DNA of 32,000 bases from an uncultured bacterium (GCA_963699255.1 OY969425.1:870001-902000), one strand, 5' to 3'; counted from the stretch's first letter, positions 8,592 to 16,410 are shown. Notes: generated from the sequence alone by a model not told the origin. Translations and numbers: made by a program.

Positions 8592-9812
8592 TCAATCCTC
8601 TTCGCCCTCCCCCTCCACCGGCTTCCCCACAGCTTCTTTATGTACCTTGGTCAAATATTTTTTGATTTTCTTTATTATATCAGCATCCCACTTCACATAC
8701 TCTTTAATTAATGCTGTTGTGCTAAGGTCCGACACCTCATCCCACTTGCCGATCTTTCTTATAATTTGCTCAAGTTCATCCCTTCCCTCTTCACTCTTCG
8801 CCGGGAAATGCGGCTTATCCTCTATCTTCACGCTAACCTTATAATCCTTGCCTTGCACCACACTAAGGTCTTTCTTTTTTGCAAATGCGATTATCGCTTC
8901 CTTAAGTTTCTCGATCTCAGCATCAACAGCCTCAACCTTTGCCTCTGCCTTTTCCTTGGCCTCATATAAGTCGGCGTATTTCCCTACCAGCACAAGCCCG
9001 TTATCCTTTAAATATTCATTCTTCTCTTTCTTTTCAAGCTCAATGCCATGCTTCTTTGCAGGGCATATCTCTATGAATTCGCACCAATCGCATAGGCGTG
9101 ATTCAATAGGTTTAAAGTTATCATCAGCCTCTATCTCCTTGATCGTGGTTAATAGCTCAGCTTTAAGCTCTTTTATCTGCTTTTTGGTTCGGCGGGACTC
9201 TACATCGCGGTTATCTGCCAAGAAATGCCATATAAGCACTATCTCTTTAGCCTCGGGATACTGCTGCTCAACAAATATCTGATAAAGCGCCAGCTGCCTG
9301 CTTGCATCCGCCTGTTCTTGAGTATAACCGGACTGCCCGGTCTTATAATCGTGTATTTCAAAGGTCCCCTTGCCGTTGTGCGATAAACGGTCAATAAAGC
9401 CGTTTATTCTATACTCTCCCGCATCATCCAGGTTAAAATGGATCATCATCTCCAGCCCAAGCGTATATGTCTGGTTGAACGGCTTGAACCTTTCATAGTA
9501 ATCGGTTAGCTGCTTTACTCCCGCATCGTAGTAATTCTGGGCGGTGAAGCCTTTGCGAACTATCTGAACATCTTTTGTAAATTTCTTGTCCCAAAGCTCT
9601 TTGTATAGGTCCAATGTCTCTTTGAGAGAGAATACTTTGCCCATTTTTTGGGCTTTATATAGCTGTTCTAGTGTTTCGTGAGCTCTTTTCCCAAGGAAAG
9701 CTTCTATTCCTTCTGGGGATTCCGGCATCTTAATTCTATCTATGTAGTTAAACTTAAACTTTCGGGGGCAGGTTTCATAGCATCCAATTTTTGAGTGTGA
9801 ATAATTCGGCAT
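8592..9812 (-). CDS. PD-(D/E)XK nuclease, Cas4/AddB-like with Cys cluster, plus coiled-coil C-terminal extension
   Basis: An N-terminal Cys (GCYETCPRKF), IHDYKTG (DxK), QLALYQIF (QxxxY) and CDWCEFIEICP give the 1+3 Cys pattern of Cas4/AddB iron-sulfur nucleases. The K/E-rich C-terminal approx 140 aa looks coiled-coil. Confidence 0.75.
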   Translation of the reverse strand: MPNYSHSKIGCYETCPRKFKFNYIDRIKMPESPEGIEAFLGKRAHETLEQLYKAQKMGKVFSLKETLDLYKELWDKKFTKDVQIVRKGFTAQNYYDAGVKQLTDYYERFKPFNQTYTLGLEMMIHFNLDDAGEYRINGFIDRLSHNGKGTFEIHDYKTGQSGYTQEQADASRQLALYQIFVEQQYPEAKEIVLIWHFLADNRDVESRRTKKQIKELKAELLTTIKEIEADDNFKPIESRLCDWCEFIEICPAKKHGIELEKKEKNEYLKDNGLVLVGKYADLYEAKEKAEAKVEAVDAEIEKLKEAIIAFAKKKDLSVVQGKDYKVSVKIEDKPHFPAKSEEGRDELEQIIRKIGKWDEVSDLSTTALIKEYVKWDADIIKKIKKYLTKVHKEAVGKPVEGEGEED

Positions 9813-9855
9813 TACTAAATATTACCTCTCTTTCCGGTCAAAAACAACCAGTTGA

Positions 9856-9868
9856 GTGTATTGTACAC
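9856..9868. promoter_or_regulatory. candidate operator (gtgta-ttg-tacac) in the divergent nuclease/WYL intergenic region, with an extended -10-like tgatataat at 9900-9908
   Basis: Inverted repeat and TGnTATAAT seen directly. Functional assignment is inferred. Confidence 0.3.
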
Positions 9869-9920
9869 CAGATCTCTGTCAGTATTTGTCAGAGTACTAT
9901 GATATAATTTCGGCAGGATC

Positions 9921-10886
9921 ATGGAACGTCATACTTATATACGCATAGCAAAGATCGATGCTCAGATCAGGCAGAAAAAGCACCCGAACTGCAAAAAGCT
10001 TGCTGATCAATTTGAAACCTCCCAACGCACCATACTCCGCGACATAGAGGCCATGAAGGATTCTATGGGCGCGCCCATCGGCTACAGCAAGGAGAGGAAC
10101 GGCTACTACTACACGGATGATAATTTTCAGTTGCCGGAAATACGACTTACGGAAGGCGAGCTTGTATCTATTTTCCTTGGTGAAGAAATTCTGAAAAAAT
10201 ACCAGGGAACGCCGTTCGGCTCCGTCATAACCAGCGCGTTCGAAAAGATTCGCCTCTCCTTGCCGGACTCCATATCTATAGACCTAAACACTATTAGCGA
10301 CAGTTTCTCTTTTAATATACCGCAAACCAGGAAACTGGATGAACAATCAGCAAAGACGTTCGATATATTGGCAAAAGCGATAAAAACTAAGAACAGTGTT
10401 GAAATAACATACCATGCTCTTGGCAGGAACACTATAGCAAAACGCATTGTGGATCCCTACCACCTGCGCCACTCCATGGGCACCTGGTATCTCATTGGTT
10501 ATTGCCAACTCAGGAAAGATTTTAGGACGTTTATTATTAACCAGATCCGCACCATCAAGGTCATAGATAGCAAGTACAAGGTTGACCCGACCTTTTCTAT
10601 TGAAAAGTTCCTTGCTTATTCATGGGATATTTTTGAGGGAGCTCCTATAACAAAGGTAAAAATTAAGCTGGATAAAGAGATCGCCAGATGGTTCATCGAT
10701 AGAAAGCTCCACCCCACCCAAAAGACAACCGAGAATAAGGATGGCTCAATTACGATGGAATTTAAAGTTTCAGGAACATCAGAGATAAAAAGATGGGTTT
10801 TGGGCCAGGGGAAATATGCAAAGGTGATCGAGCCACGAAGCCTGAGGCGGGAGATAATTGAAGAAGCAAAGGAAATGCAGAAATAG
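9921..10886 (+). CDS. HTH + WYL-domain transcriptional regulator (BrxR/CapW/PafBC-like)
   Basis: The N-terminal wHTH reads KKLADQFETSQRTILRDIEAM, followed by GYYY. The central WYL region reads HLRHSMGTWYLIGYCQLRKDFRTFIINQI. The gene is divergent from the nuclease/RM operon. Confidence 0.8.
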   Translation: MERHTYIRIAKIDAQIRQKKHPNCKKLADQFETSQRTILRDIEAMKDSMGAPIGYSKERNGYYYTDDNFQLPEIRLTEGELVSIFLGEEILKKYQGTPFGSVITSAFEKIRLSLPDSISIDLNTISDSFSFNIPQTRKLDEQSAKTFDILAKAIKTKNSVEITYHALGRNTIAKRIVDPYHLRHSMGTWYLIGYCQLRKDFRTFIINQIRTIKVIDSKYKVDPTFSIEKFLAYSWDIFEGAPITKVKIKLDKEIARWFIDRKLHPTQKTTENKDGSITMEFKVSGTSEIKRWVLGQGKYAKVIEPRSLRREIIEEAKEMQK

Positions 10887-11031
10887 ACCGCCTTTACATG
10901 ATTCTTCTACCCTCGTAGCCGCCTAATAGCCCCTTTTTGCAATAGGCCATATACTCTGACGCATAGTGTCATACCTCCCATGTTAAACTACCAAATAATA
11001 ATTATATTAAACAAAAACGAGGTGGATAAAC

Positions 11032-11475
11032 ATGCTAATTAAAGAAATATATAAGCTTTTCGACAATAAACTGGAAATACGCCCAAAAAGTAAAGCCTCC
11101 AATGTATTAAGGGACATCTCATCATTTCTTACAAAACCTGGATTGATCAATATAGAAGTGAAGGATCTTAATAAAATAATCTTATCAAGTGACAAGATGT
11201 TCGCCATATCGGCAAAAGCGCATGGAAAAGAAAGAGCTCACAAGCTTGGTCGCCAGATCGTTTCCAGTATTCCGGCTGTATTTCGGGCCAAAAAAGCTAC
11301 AAACGTAATTTTTAATATTATCGGGAGTTCAGACTTAACCCTCTGGGAGGTTAATGAAGTTGCCGGATATATCTATGATGCGATTGACCCTCATGCAAAT
11401 ATCATATTTGGCGCCCTTATCGACGATAAGAAAAAAGACTTTATTAATGCGACTGTCATATTCGGGGGCAATTAA
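11032..11475 (+). CDS. stand-alone FtsZ C-terminal-domain protein (no GTP-binding domain)
   Basis: SD gaggtgg precedes the ATG. It aligns by eye with the host FtsZ in this window: PGLINIEVKDL / NVIFNIIGSSDLTLWEVNEVAGYIYDAIDPHANIIFGALIDD versus [11 protein letters not shown] / [42 protein letters not shown]. Confidence 0.75.
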   Translation: MLIKEIYKLFDNKLEIRPKSKASNVLRDISSFLTKPGLINIEVKDLNKIILSSDKMFAISAKAHGKERAHKLGRQIVSSIPAVFRAKKATNVIFNIIGSSDLTLWEVNEVAGYIYDAIDPHANIIFGALIDDKKKDFINATVIFGGN

Positions 11476-11489
11476 AGGAGGTCTTGTAA

Positions 11490-12071
11490 ATGGATAAAGA
11501 GAAAGATATTTCCTATCGCAATGTCAGCTGTTCTAATGCGCCTGAAAGTAAGAACAATACAGTTCCAACGACCGATTCAAGAAGCATTTTGGTCTTTAAA
11601 CAGATGGATGATGAATTAACGAAGGATTTTGTTTCCAAGCTTATCGAGCTAGAAACCAAAGATGCTGAAAAGGACATTAAGGTATTCATAAATTCTCCGG
11701 GCGGATATGTTACATCATTATTTTGTATGTTGGATTCTTTGCGGTTGGTGAAGCCGGATATCAAGACTTACTGTCTTGGAGAGGCTGCTTCCGCCGCCGC
11801 GGTATTAACAATGTCAGGAACAAAAGGGAAGAGATATATTACAAAACATAGCAGGATTCTATTGCATCAGCTAAGTTCTTTTGCTTTGGGACACATAGCA
11901 GATGTCAAGATCTCTGTTAAAGAGTCGGAAAGAATAAATTCTATTCTAATGGATATAATAATTGAAAGAACAAAGATTAAAAGAAAAGAATTAAAAAAAT
12001 TGATATCGAGGGATTGTTGGCTGTCCGCACAAGAAGCACTGGAATATGGTTTAGTAGATCACATTCTGTAG
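11490..12071 (+). CDS. ClpP-family (S14) serine protease paralogue
   Basis: SD aaaggagg precedes the ATG. Motifs FINSPGGYV, GEAASAAAVL (Ser), ILLHQL (His) and SRDCWLSAQEALEYGLVD (Asp) follow the ClpP catalytic-triad contexts. The N-terminus is divergent. Confidence 0.8.
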   Translation: MDKEKDISYRNVSCSNAPESKNNTVPTTDSRSILVFKQMDDELTKDFVSKLIELETKDAEKDIKVFINSPGGYVTSLFCMLDSLRLVKPDIKTYCLGEAASAAAVLTMSGTKGKRYITKHSRILLHQLSSFALGHIADVKISVKESERINSILMDIIIERTKIKRKELKKLISRDCWLSAQEALEYGLVDHIL

Positions 12072-12096
12072 TTTTGCTCCACATGTTTTCCAGTAT

Positions 12097-12341
12097 AGCA
12101 TTTTACCGCCTTTCCCTGTAAAGCGCGCTCACATTGGGACTTCGTATAAAGCCCCCTATCCCGAAAAAAGTCCTCATCCTTGCGGATTTTTTCGGGTATT
12201 AGTTCTCGCCCTCCTCCAGTCGCCCGACTAAAGTCGAGGCTCCTTCCGGCCCTCCGCTCGTTGCACTCATTCACCATAATTAGATATTAGGTGTGGTTCA
12301 TTCGCTTCTCTCGCTTCGGGTGACAGGGGCGGTAAAATGCT
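12097..12341. other. structured non-coding element closed by a 14+5 bp long-range helix
   Basis: agcattttaccgcc (12097-12110) is the perfect reverse complement of ggcggtaaaatgct (12328-12341). cctgt (12115-12119) pairs with acagg (12323-12327). An internal hairpin reads cccgaaaaaagtcc...ggattttttcggg. Confidence 0.4.
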
Positions 12342-12383
12342 GTTCCTTCCTGTGTGTTTTTATTTCACAGGGAGGTGGTTTTC

Positions 12384-12911
12384 ATGTCTCGTTTAGCAGG
12401 CGTCATTGGTTCCCGTTCATTACCCGTTTCTTTTGCCCCGCTTGTTTACCACATCGTTTCCCTTCTCCTTTCCCGTGGCTATGGCATTGCCTCAGGTGGC
12501 GCAGTAGGAGCTGATTCATTTGCTCTTGCAGCGGTCATTCGGCGGGGGGTAGCTTCACGCTGTGTCATTTACTCAGCTTGGGCTTCTGCTTCTGGGTTTC
12601 CTTCCTCGGTTCAGCCTCAGGTTTCTCGTTTCCTTGCTTCCGGTGGTCAGGTTGTTTGGGGATCCTGTCCGGTTGGTGCTTCGCGTCAGGAGGCGGTTTC
12701 TGCCCTTCTCGGTAGGAACAGGCGGCTTGTTTCTGCTTCCTCGGTTATCGTTGCTTTCCTTCATGGTCAGTCTCGCGGGTCTCTTTACACGGTCCGTCAG
12801 GCAGTTGAGCAGGGTGTTCCGGTCATTGTGTTCCTTTGCGGCGGGGGTACGTCTTTGCCCGCTGATCTTACTTCCAGGTGTTTAGTATTTACAGAAAAGG
12901 AGGTGGTTTAG
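12384..12911 (+). CDS. DprA/Smf-like (SLOG superfamily) Rossmann-fold protein, nearly lysine-free
   Basis: SD ggaggtgg precedes the ATG at 12384. The motifs GVIGSRSLP...GYGIASGGAVGADSFA...GRNRRLV...SRGSLYTVRQAVEQGVPVIVF match the DprA core pattern. The coding strand is strongly A-depleted. Confidence 0.6.
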   Translation: MSRLAGVIGSRSLPVSFAPLVYHIVSLLLSRGYGIASGGAVGADSFALAAVIRRGVASRCVIYSAWASASGFPSSVQPQVSRFLASGGQVVWGSCPVGASRQEAVSALLGRNRRLVSASSVIVAFLHGQSRGSLYTVRQAVEQGVPVIVFLCGGGTSLPADLTSRCLVFTEKEVV

Positions 12912-12913
12912 TT

Positions 12914-13120
12914 ATGGTGGCATCAGTTTTGTCCCCCTGTCTTTGTTGCGACGATCATTTGCCCGGATTCCGCTGCGTTCCACGGCAGCGTGCCCGTTGT
13001 TCCAGGTTCCTTGAATATGTCGAGCGGCTCCACAGGGCCCGCGCTCACGGCATATTGATCAGCGAGCTTAAGGAAATTGTTTCCGGTTCCGTTGAAGAAA
13101 ACACAGAAAAAGTGAGGTGA
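12914..13120 (+). CDS. small Cys-rich hypothetical protein (68 aa)
   Basis: SD aaggaggtgg precedes the ATG at 12914. The sequence is CLCCDDH..C......C. The start is 3 nt after the upstream stop. Confidence 0.4.
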   Translation: MVASVLSPCLCCDDHLPGFRCVPRQRARCSRFLEYVERLHRARAHGILISELKEIVSGSVEENTEKVR

Positions 13121-13125
13121 AAATC

Positions 13126-13299
13126 ATGAGAATTTGTAGAGTATGCGGTTCATTCCTTGTTCCCTGCAACGAAGGAATAGATCATATCGGCTTCCAGCCA
13201 TATACCCTTCCGCAAACTGTTTATATCTGCCAGAGCTGTCTCACGGCAATACAGAACATAATCGAGTATGGTTATTCCTCTCAATTAGTCTCCGCTTAA
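13126..13299 (+). CDS. small zinc-ribbon protein (57 aa)
   Basis: SD gaggtg lies 6 nt upstream of the ATG at 13126. The CxxC...CxxC pattern is CRVCG...CQSC. Confidence 0.45.
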   Translation: MRICRVCGSFLVPCNEGIDHIGFQPYTLPQTVYICQSCLTAIQNIIEYGYSSQLVSA

Positions 13300-13305
13300 T
13301 CACCA

Positions 13306-13340
13306 AGGCCTGATTCATCATCAGAACAGGCCTCATTTTG
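13306..13340 (+). terminator. rho-independent terminator candidate
   Basis: aggcctg (13306-13312) pairs with caggcct (13327-13333), followed by cattttg. Confidence 0.5.
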
Positions 13341-13564
13341 GTCGCTAGCCAACTCTTCTTTGTATTAATAAATTCATACTTTGTCATATAAAACACTTAC
13401 ATTTCACAATATGTGCTAGTTGTGGTCAAGCTGGATCTATTTCGTAAAAGCAATGAAGGTGAGGCAAGGTCAAGGGTGAGTCCGCATCCATAATTATTGG
13501 CAACCCACTCACCCATTTATATCGTCACAATCTACAGGGACTATTTGCGGCAGTAGCAGTCATT

Positions 13565-13867
13565 TTACTCAGTTGTTTGAGTTGACTTCTTATATGCATA
13601 TACATATTTCGTTGAATAATCGCCACCACCTGGGCCACCATCAGTTTTCAGTGTGTTAACAAAATATTCTTCAACTTCTCTGGCTATATCCGAAGTAGCG
13701 CATTCGCGATAAATCCACAGGTCAGAATCCTTATTAACAGTATGATCCGTGAATAGCCGCTTTTGAGGATCAGATGCTATCCCAACATACCAATCTGAAT
13801 ATTTACTAGTAAGATTATTTATATACGTCTTAATATCTGCAATAATTTCAGGCTTACTTTTTGCCAT
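13565..13867 (-). CDS. small GIY-YIG-like domain protein (100 aa)
   Basis: SD aaaggagga precedes the internal ATG at 13867. The motifs WYVGIASDPQKRLFTDH...AREVEEYF loosely resemble the YVG...R...H...E core of GIY-YIG. Confidence 0.4.
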   Translation of the reverse strand: MAKSKPEIIADIKTYINNLTSKYSDWYVGIASDPQKRLFTDHTVNKDSDLWIYRECATSDIAREVEEYFVNTLKTDGGPGGGDYSTKYVYAYKKSTQTTE

Positions 13868-13935
13868 ATATGCTCCTCCTTTCTTAGACATTCAAATCTC
13901 GAGAATCGACCATCTCGCTGGGTTATATGACCCAG

Positions 13936-14139
13936 TCATCCTTTCCTGTTATAGGGAGATTGATTGGTCGGGCTTAATGAAATCCCTTCTTCACTAGCCT
14001 TTGTATAAACCGCAGCTTCTGTTCGTCCGGTTAGCAGGCCAATTACCCTTGTTGGGGTGTTCTTGTTGGCTAATTGTCTGATTTTTGATACATCAGCCTG
14101 TGTCCAAGGTTTCCCCGAATTCCTGTTATACTTTGCCAT
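13936..14139 (-). CDS. small Myb/SANT-like HTH protein (67 aa)
   Basis: The pattern is KPWTQADVSKIRQLA...RVIGLLTGRTEAAVYTKASEEGISL. Confidence 0.45.
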   Translation of the reverse strand: MAKYNRNSGKPWTQADVSKIRQLANKNTPTRVIGLLTGRTEAAVYTKASEEGISLSPTNQSPYNRKG

Positions 14140-14158
14140 AACTTTTCACCTCCCATAT

Positions 14159-15001
14159 TTAATAGGCATTGTCATCTACATACCGCTGGTAATCGTCACC
14201 AGTCCATATAAACACCACAACAGATCGCCCAGGATCGATTTCGAAGGCATACTCATTAATGCAGTAAGGTTGCTTTTTAAACTTTTCACTTATCCAACAT
14301 TTTGCCTGAACTTGAACTGGCTTATCAGATAAGGGGATCTGGCGAGTAAAATACCCATTAACAGTACTGACCGGGGATACTTTTTCGTTGACTGCCACAA
14401 AAAGGTGGTCTTCATTAAAGCTTTCTGAAGATTTAAACGATTTGATTTGTCCATCTTTCACGAAAATGGCTGCACAGATTCCATAAGTAAATTCTACAAA
14501 TCTTAACATGGCGGCAGTTTTTGATACATTATACTTATCCGAGACAACATCTATTGAAGCCATGTCTACATTTAGATCTTTGCACTCTTCGCGAAGAATA
14601 TCCTCGGGCATCAGCAATTCTGCCGCAAACTCATTTGCTTCCGCCTCTTCATCTCCTTTAAGGCCACTCTTAATCATATCATCTGGTGCACAGATATATT
14701 TCACGCCTTTATGATACGGAATGAAAATGTGCCCCAATTCATGTGCAATTGTGAACCTTTTCCGTTTTTCATATGTATATCTACTGTTAACGAGAATTCC
14801 AACATTCCCTTCGATCTTCACAGAATAGCCCTCGAAATGATCGGCATCCTCTTCCTCTATTGTGACATTATGGCTTCTTGCGATTCCCCTGACATCTATT
14901 GGAAGAGAGTTATACTTGGCATCAGACTCCATCAGAAGCTTCTTTGCAAAAAACGATGCGGGATCCTCATTAAACCTAGGTTGACTCATCTTATTTATCA
15001 C
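14159..15001 (-). CDS. ImmA/IrrE-family (M78) zinc metallopeptidase with approx 130-aa C-terminal extension
   Basis: The HEXXH motif sits in FTIAHELGHIFIPYH, with EANEFAAELLMP downstream. The ORF overlaps the upstream gene by 11 nt. Confidence 0.75.
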   Translation of the reverse strand: MINKMSQPRFNEDPASFFAKKLLMESDAKYNSLPIDVRGIARSHNVTIEEEDADHFEGYSVKIEGNVGILVNSRYTYEKRKRFTIAHELGHIFIPYHKGVKYICAPDDMIKSGLKGDEEAEANEFAAELLMPEDILREECKDLNVDMASIDVVSDKYNVSKTAAMLRFVEFTYGICAAIFVKDGQIKSFKSSESFNEDHLFVAVNEKVSPVSTVNGYFTRQIPLSDKPVQVQAKCWISEKFKKQPYCINEYAFEIDPGRSVVVFIWTGDDYQRYVDDNAY

Positions 15002-15410
15002 CCTTCTTGATCTTTATATTAAACCTTTCAATTAACTCTTTATCCTTTGAGGTAAGCCCTTCATTGCCTTTTCTAAAAGCACCTTGGAGCAGTGGTTGTA
15101 GCAAAGAGGGTGTCATCTGACTCTGTTGGGCGGCAGGAGCGGCCTTCTTGCCATATAAAGTCTCATATTTTTGCTCAATAAAATCGAGCACCTTAGCTTT
15201 AAAACCAGAAGAGACCTTTAAGGCATGGAAATATTCCTTTGCCTCGTAAGCGCTTTTAAGAAGTTCTTTTGCCTCGCTCGCCTGTGCCGGAGTTAAATGC
15301 CTAGACTCAATAAATGCTTCGAGATCTGGTGAAGGATTCACTTTAGTTTCTTCAATCCATGCATCAAGAACTGTTTCATACAATAATTCACTTCTCTCTT
15401 TATCCTTCAT
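14991..15410 (-). CDS. hypothetical soluble protein (139 aa), candidate anti-sigma/adaptor
   Basis: Its start overlaps the sigma stop as ATGA at 15407-15410. No TM helix and no recognisable motif. The role is inferred from position only. Confidence 0.45.
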   Translation of the reverse strand: MKDKERSELLYETVLDAWIEETKVNPSPDLEAFIESRHLTPAQASEAKELLKSAYEAKEYFHALKVSSGFKAKVLDFIEQKYETLYGKKAAPAAQQSQMTPSLLQPLLQGAFRKGNEGLTSKDKELIERFNIKIKKGDK

Positions 15411-15997
15411 CTTTCCCCCTCCTTTTTATCCCTTATCTTTCCATAATAGTTTTTAATTTTCACGGTTCCTCTCAAGACCAAATTTTTGATTGAGGCCTCC
15501 GATTTATCCATAACAAGTGCAACCTCTTTAGTGTTCAGTTCATCTACATATCTCAACATTAAGGCTTCACGCTGCTCCTCTGTTAATTCGTTTAAACATT
15601 GACCCATTTCTGCAGCCGTTTCGCTGTGAGCCTCCTGTTCAATTAATTCCGTTTCCAGGTCGCAAGTCTCGAGGTCTTCTAAAAGCTCCGCGTCCAATTT
15701 AAGTTCAGAAAAGGACGTTTCCCGTTTCTTTTTCCTAAAATAATCAGAGCAACAATTTCGAGCGATCCTAAATGCCCATGTTGTGAATTTTGATTGACCC
15801 TTGAAGGTATCAAATTTCTCCAAAATATGGGAAAACGTCTCCGCAGTTATTTCGTATTTTTCATCGCTATTTTCAACTTGGCTCCCTACAAACCTTTCCA
15901 CATCGTCGTAGATTCCCTCACATAACTGCCTAAACGCCCTTTTGTCCCCATTACGCGCTTTTTCTAATAAGTCTTCACTGTTCAATAATATGGCCAC
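15407..15997 (-). CDS. ECF-type sigma-70 family RNA polymerase sigma factor
   Basis: Region 2 reads TWAFRIARNCCSDYFRKKKRE. Region 4 reads LTEEQREALMLRYVDELNTKEVALVMDKSEASIKNLVLRG. The start is uncertain: GTG at 15997 or TTG at 15985. Confidence 0.8.
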   Translation of the reverse strand: MAILLNSEDLLEKARNGDKRAFRQLCEGIYDDVERFVGSQVENSDEKYEITAETFSHILEKFDTFKGQSKFTTWAFRIARNCCSDYFRKKKRETSFSELKLDAELLEDLETCDLETELIEQEAHSETAAEMGQCLNELTEEQREALMLRYVDELNTKEVALVMDKSEASIKNLVLRGTVKIKNYYGKIRDKKEGER

Positions 15998-16149
15998 CTT
16001 TCATAAGTTGTGTGCATGATCATCCCTTCTTCCCCTCTATATATTAGACGTAAAAGTCACCTAAAAGTCTCGTTTATTTGGAGATATTACAAACTCATTT
16101 TACTCCTTGCATTTATCATTGTATAATCCCCCCCCAAACATTTTGGGCT

Positions 16150-16410
16150 TGGTTTGGCGGGCGGGCGGCGGCACAACACGAAGACAAATACCGCCGAAGG
16201 CGGAGCAGTAGCTTCGGTTCTTTTCTTTGGCGGGCATTGGCGGGCGGCATGACACAAAGTCAAATACCGCCGGAGGCGGAGCAGGAGTTATGGTCTTTCT
16301 CCTTTGAATGTGCGTAGCACACCTTAATTACCTGCCTGTCGACTTGTCCGCCTCTGGCGGAAGCCTCGGCGAAGGCGGGGGCATTGTTCATTGGTAGTTG
16401 GTCATTCTCC
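16150..16410. repeat. degenerate tandem repeats (approx 75-105 bp units) each with a GC hairpin ccgcc-gaa/gga-ggcgg and a G-run tttggcgggc
   Basis: Units starting near 16153 and 16225 are roughly 80 percent identical by eye. The third and fourth units are decayed copies. Confidence 0.6.

Noticed and set aside
12059-12277. 72-aa minus-strand ORF between the ClpP-like and DprA-like genes
   Set aside because: It has no SD, overlaps the ClpP-like stop, and lies inside the helix-closed structured element. It is more likely non-coding.
12097-12341. Retron msr/msd interpretation of the inverted-repeat-closed element
   Set aside because: No reverse transcriptase gene is adjacent or anywhere in the window. 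The downstream gene is DprA-like.
16150-16410. Tandem repeats considered as a CRISPR array
   Set aside because: The units are contiguous and degenerate, about 75-105 bp long, with no unique spacers between short conserved repeats. No cas genes are present apart from a stand-alone Cas4-like nuclease 6 kb away.
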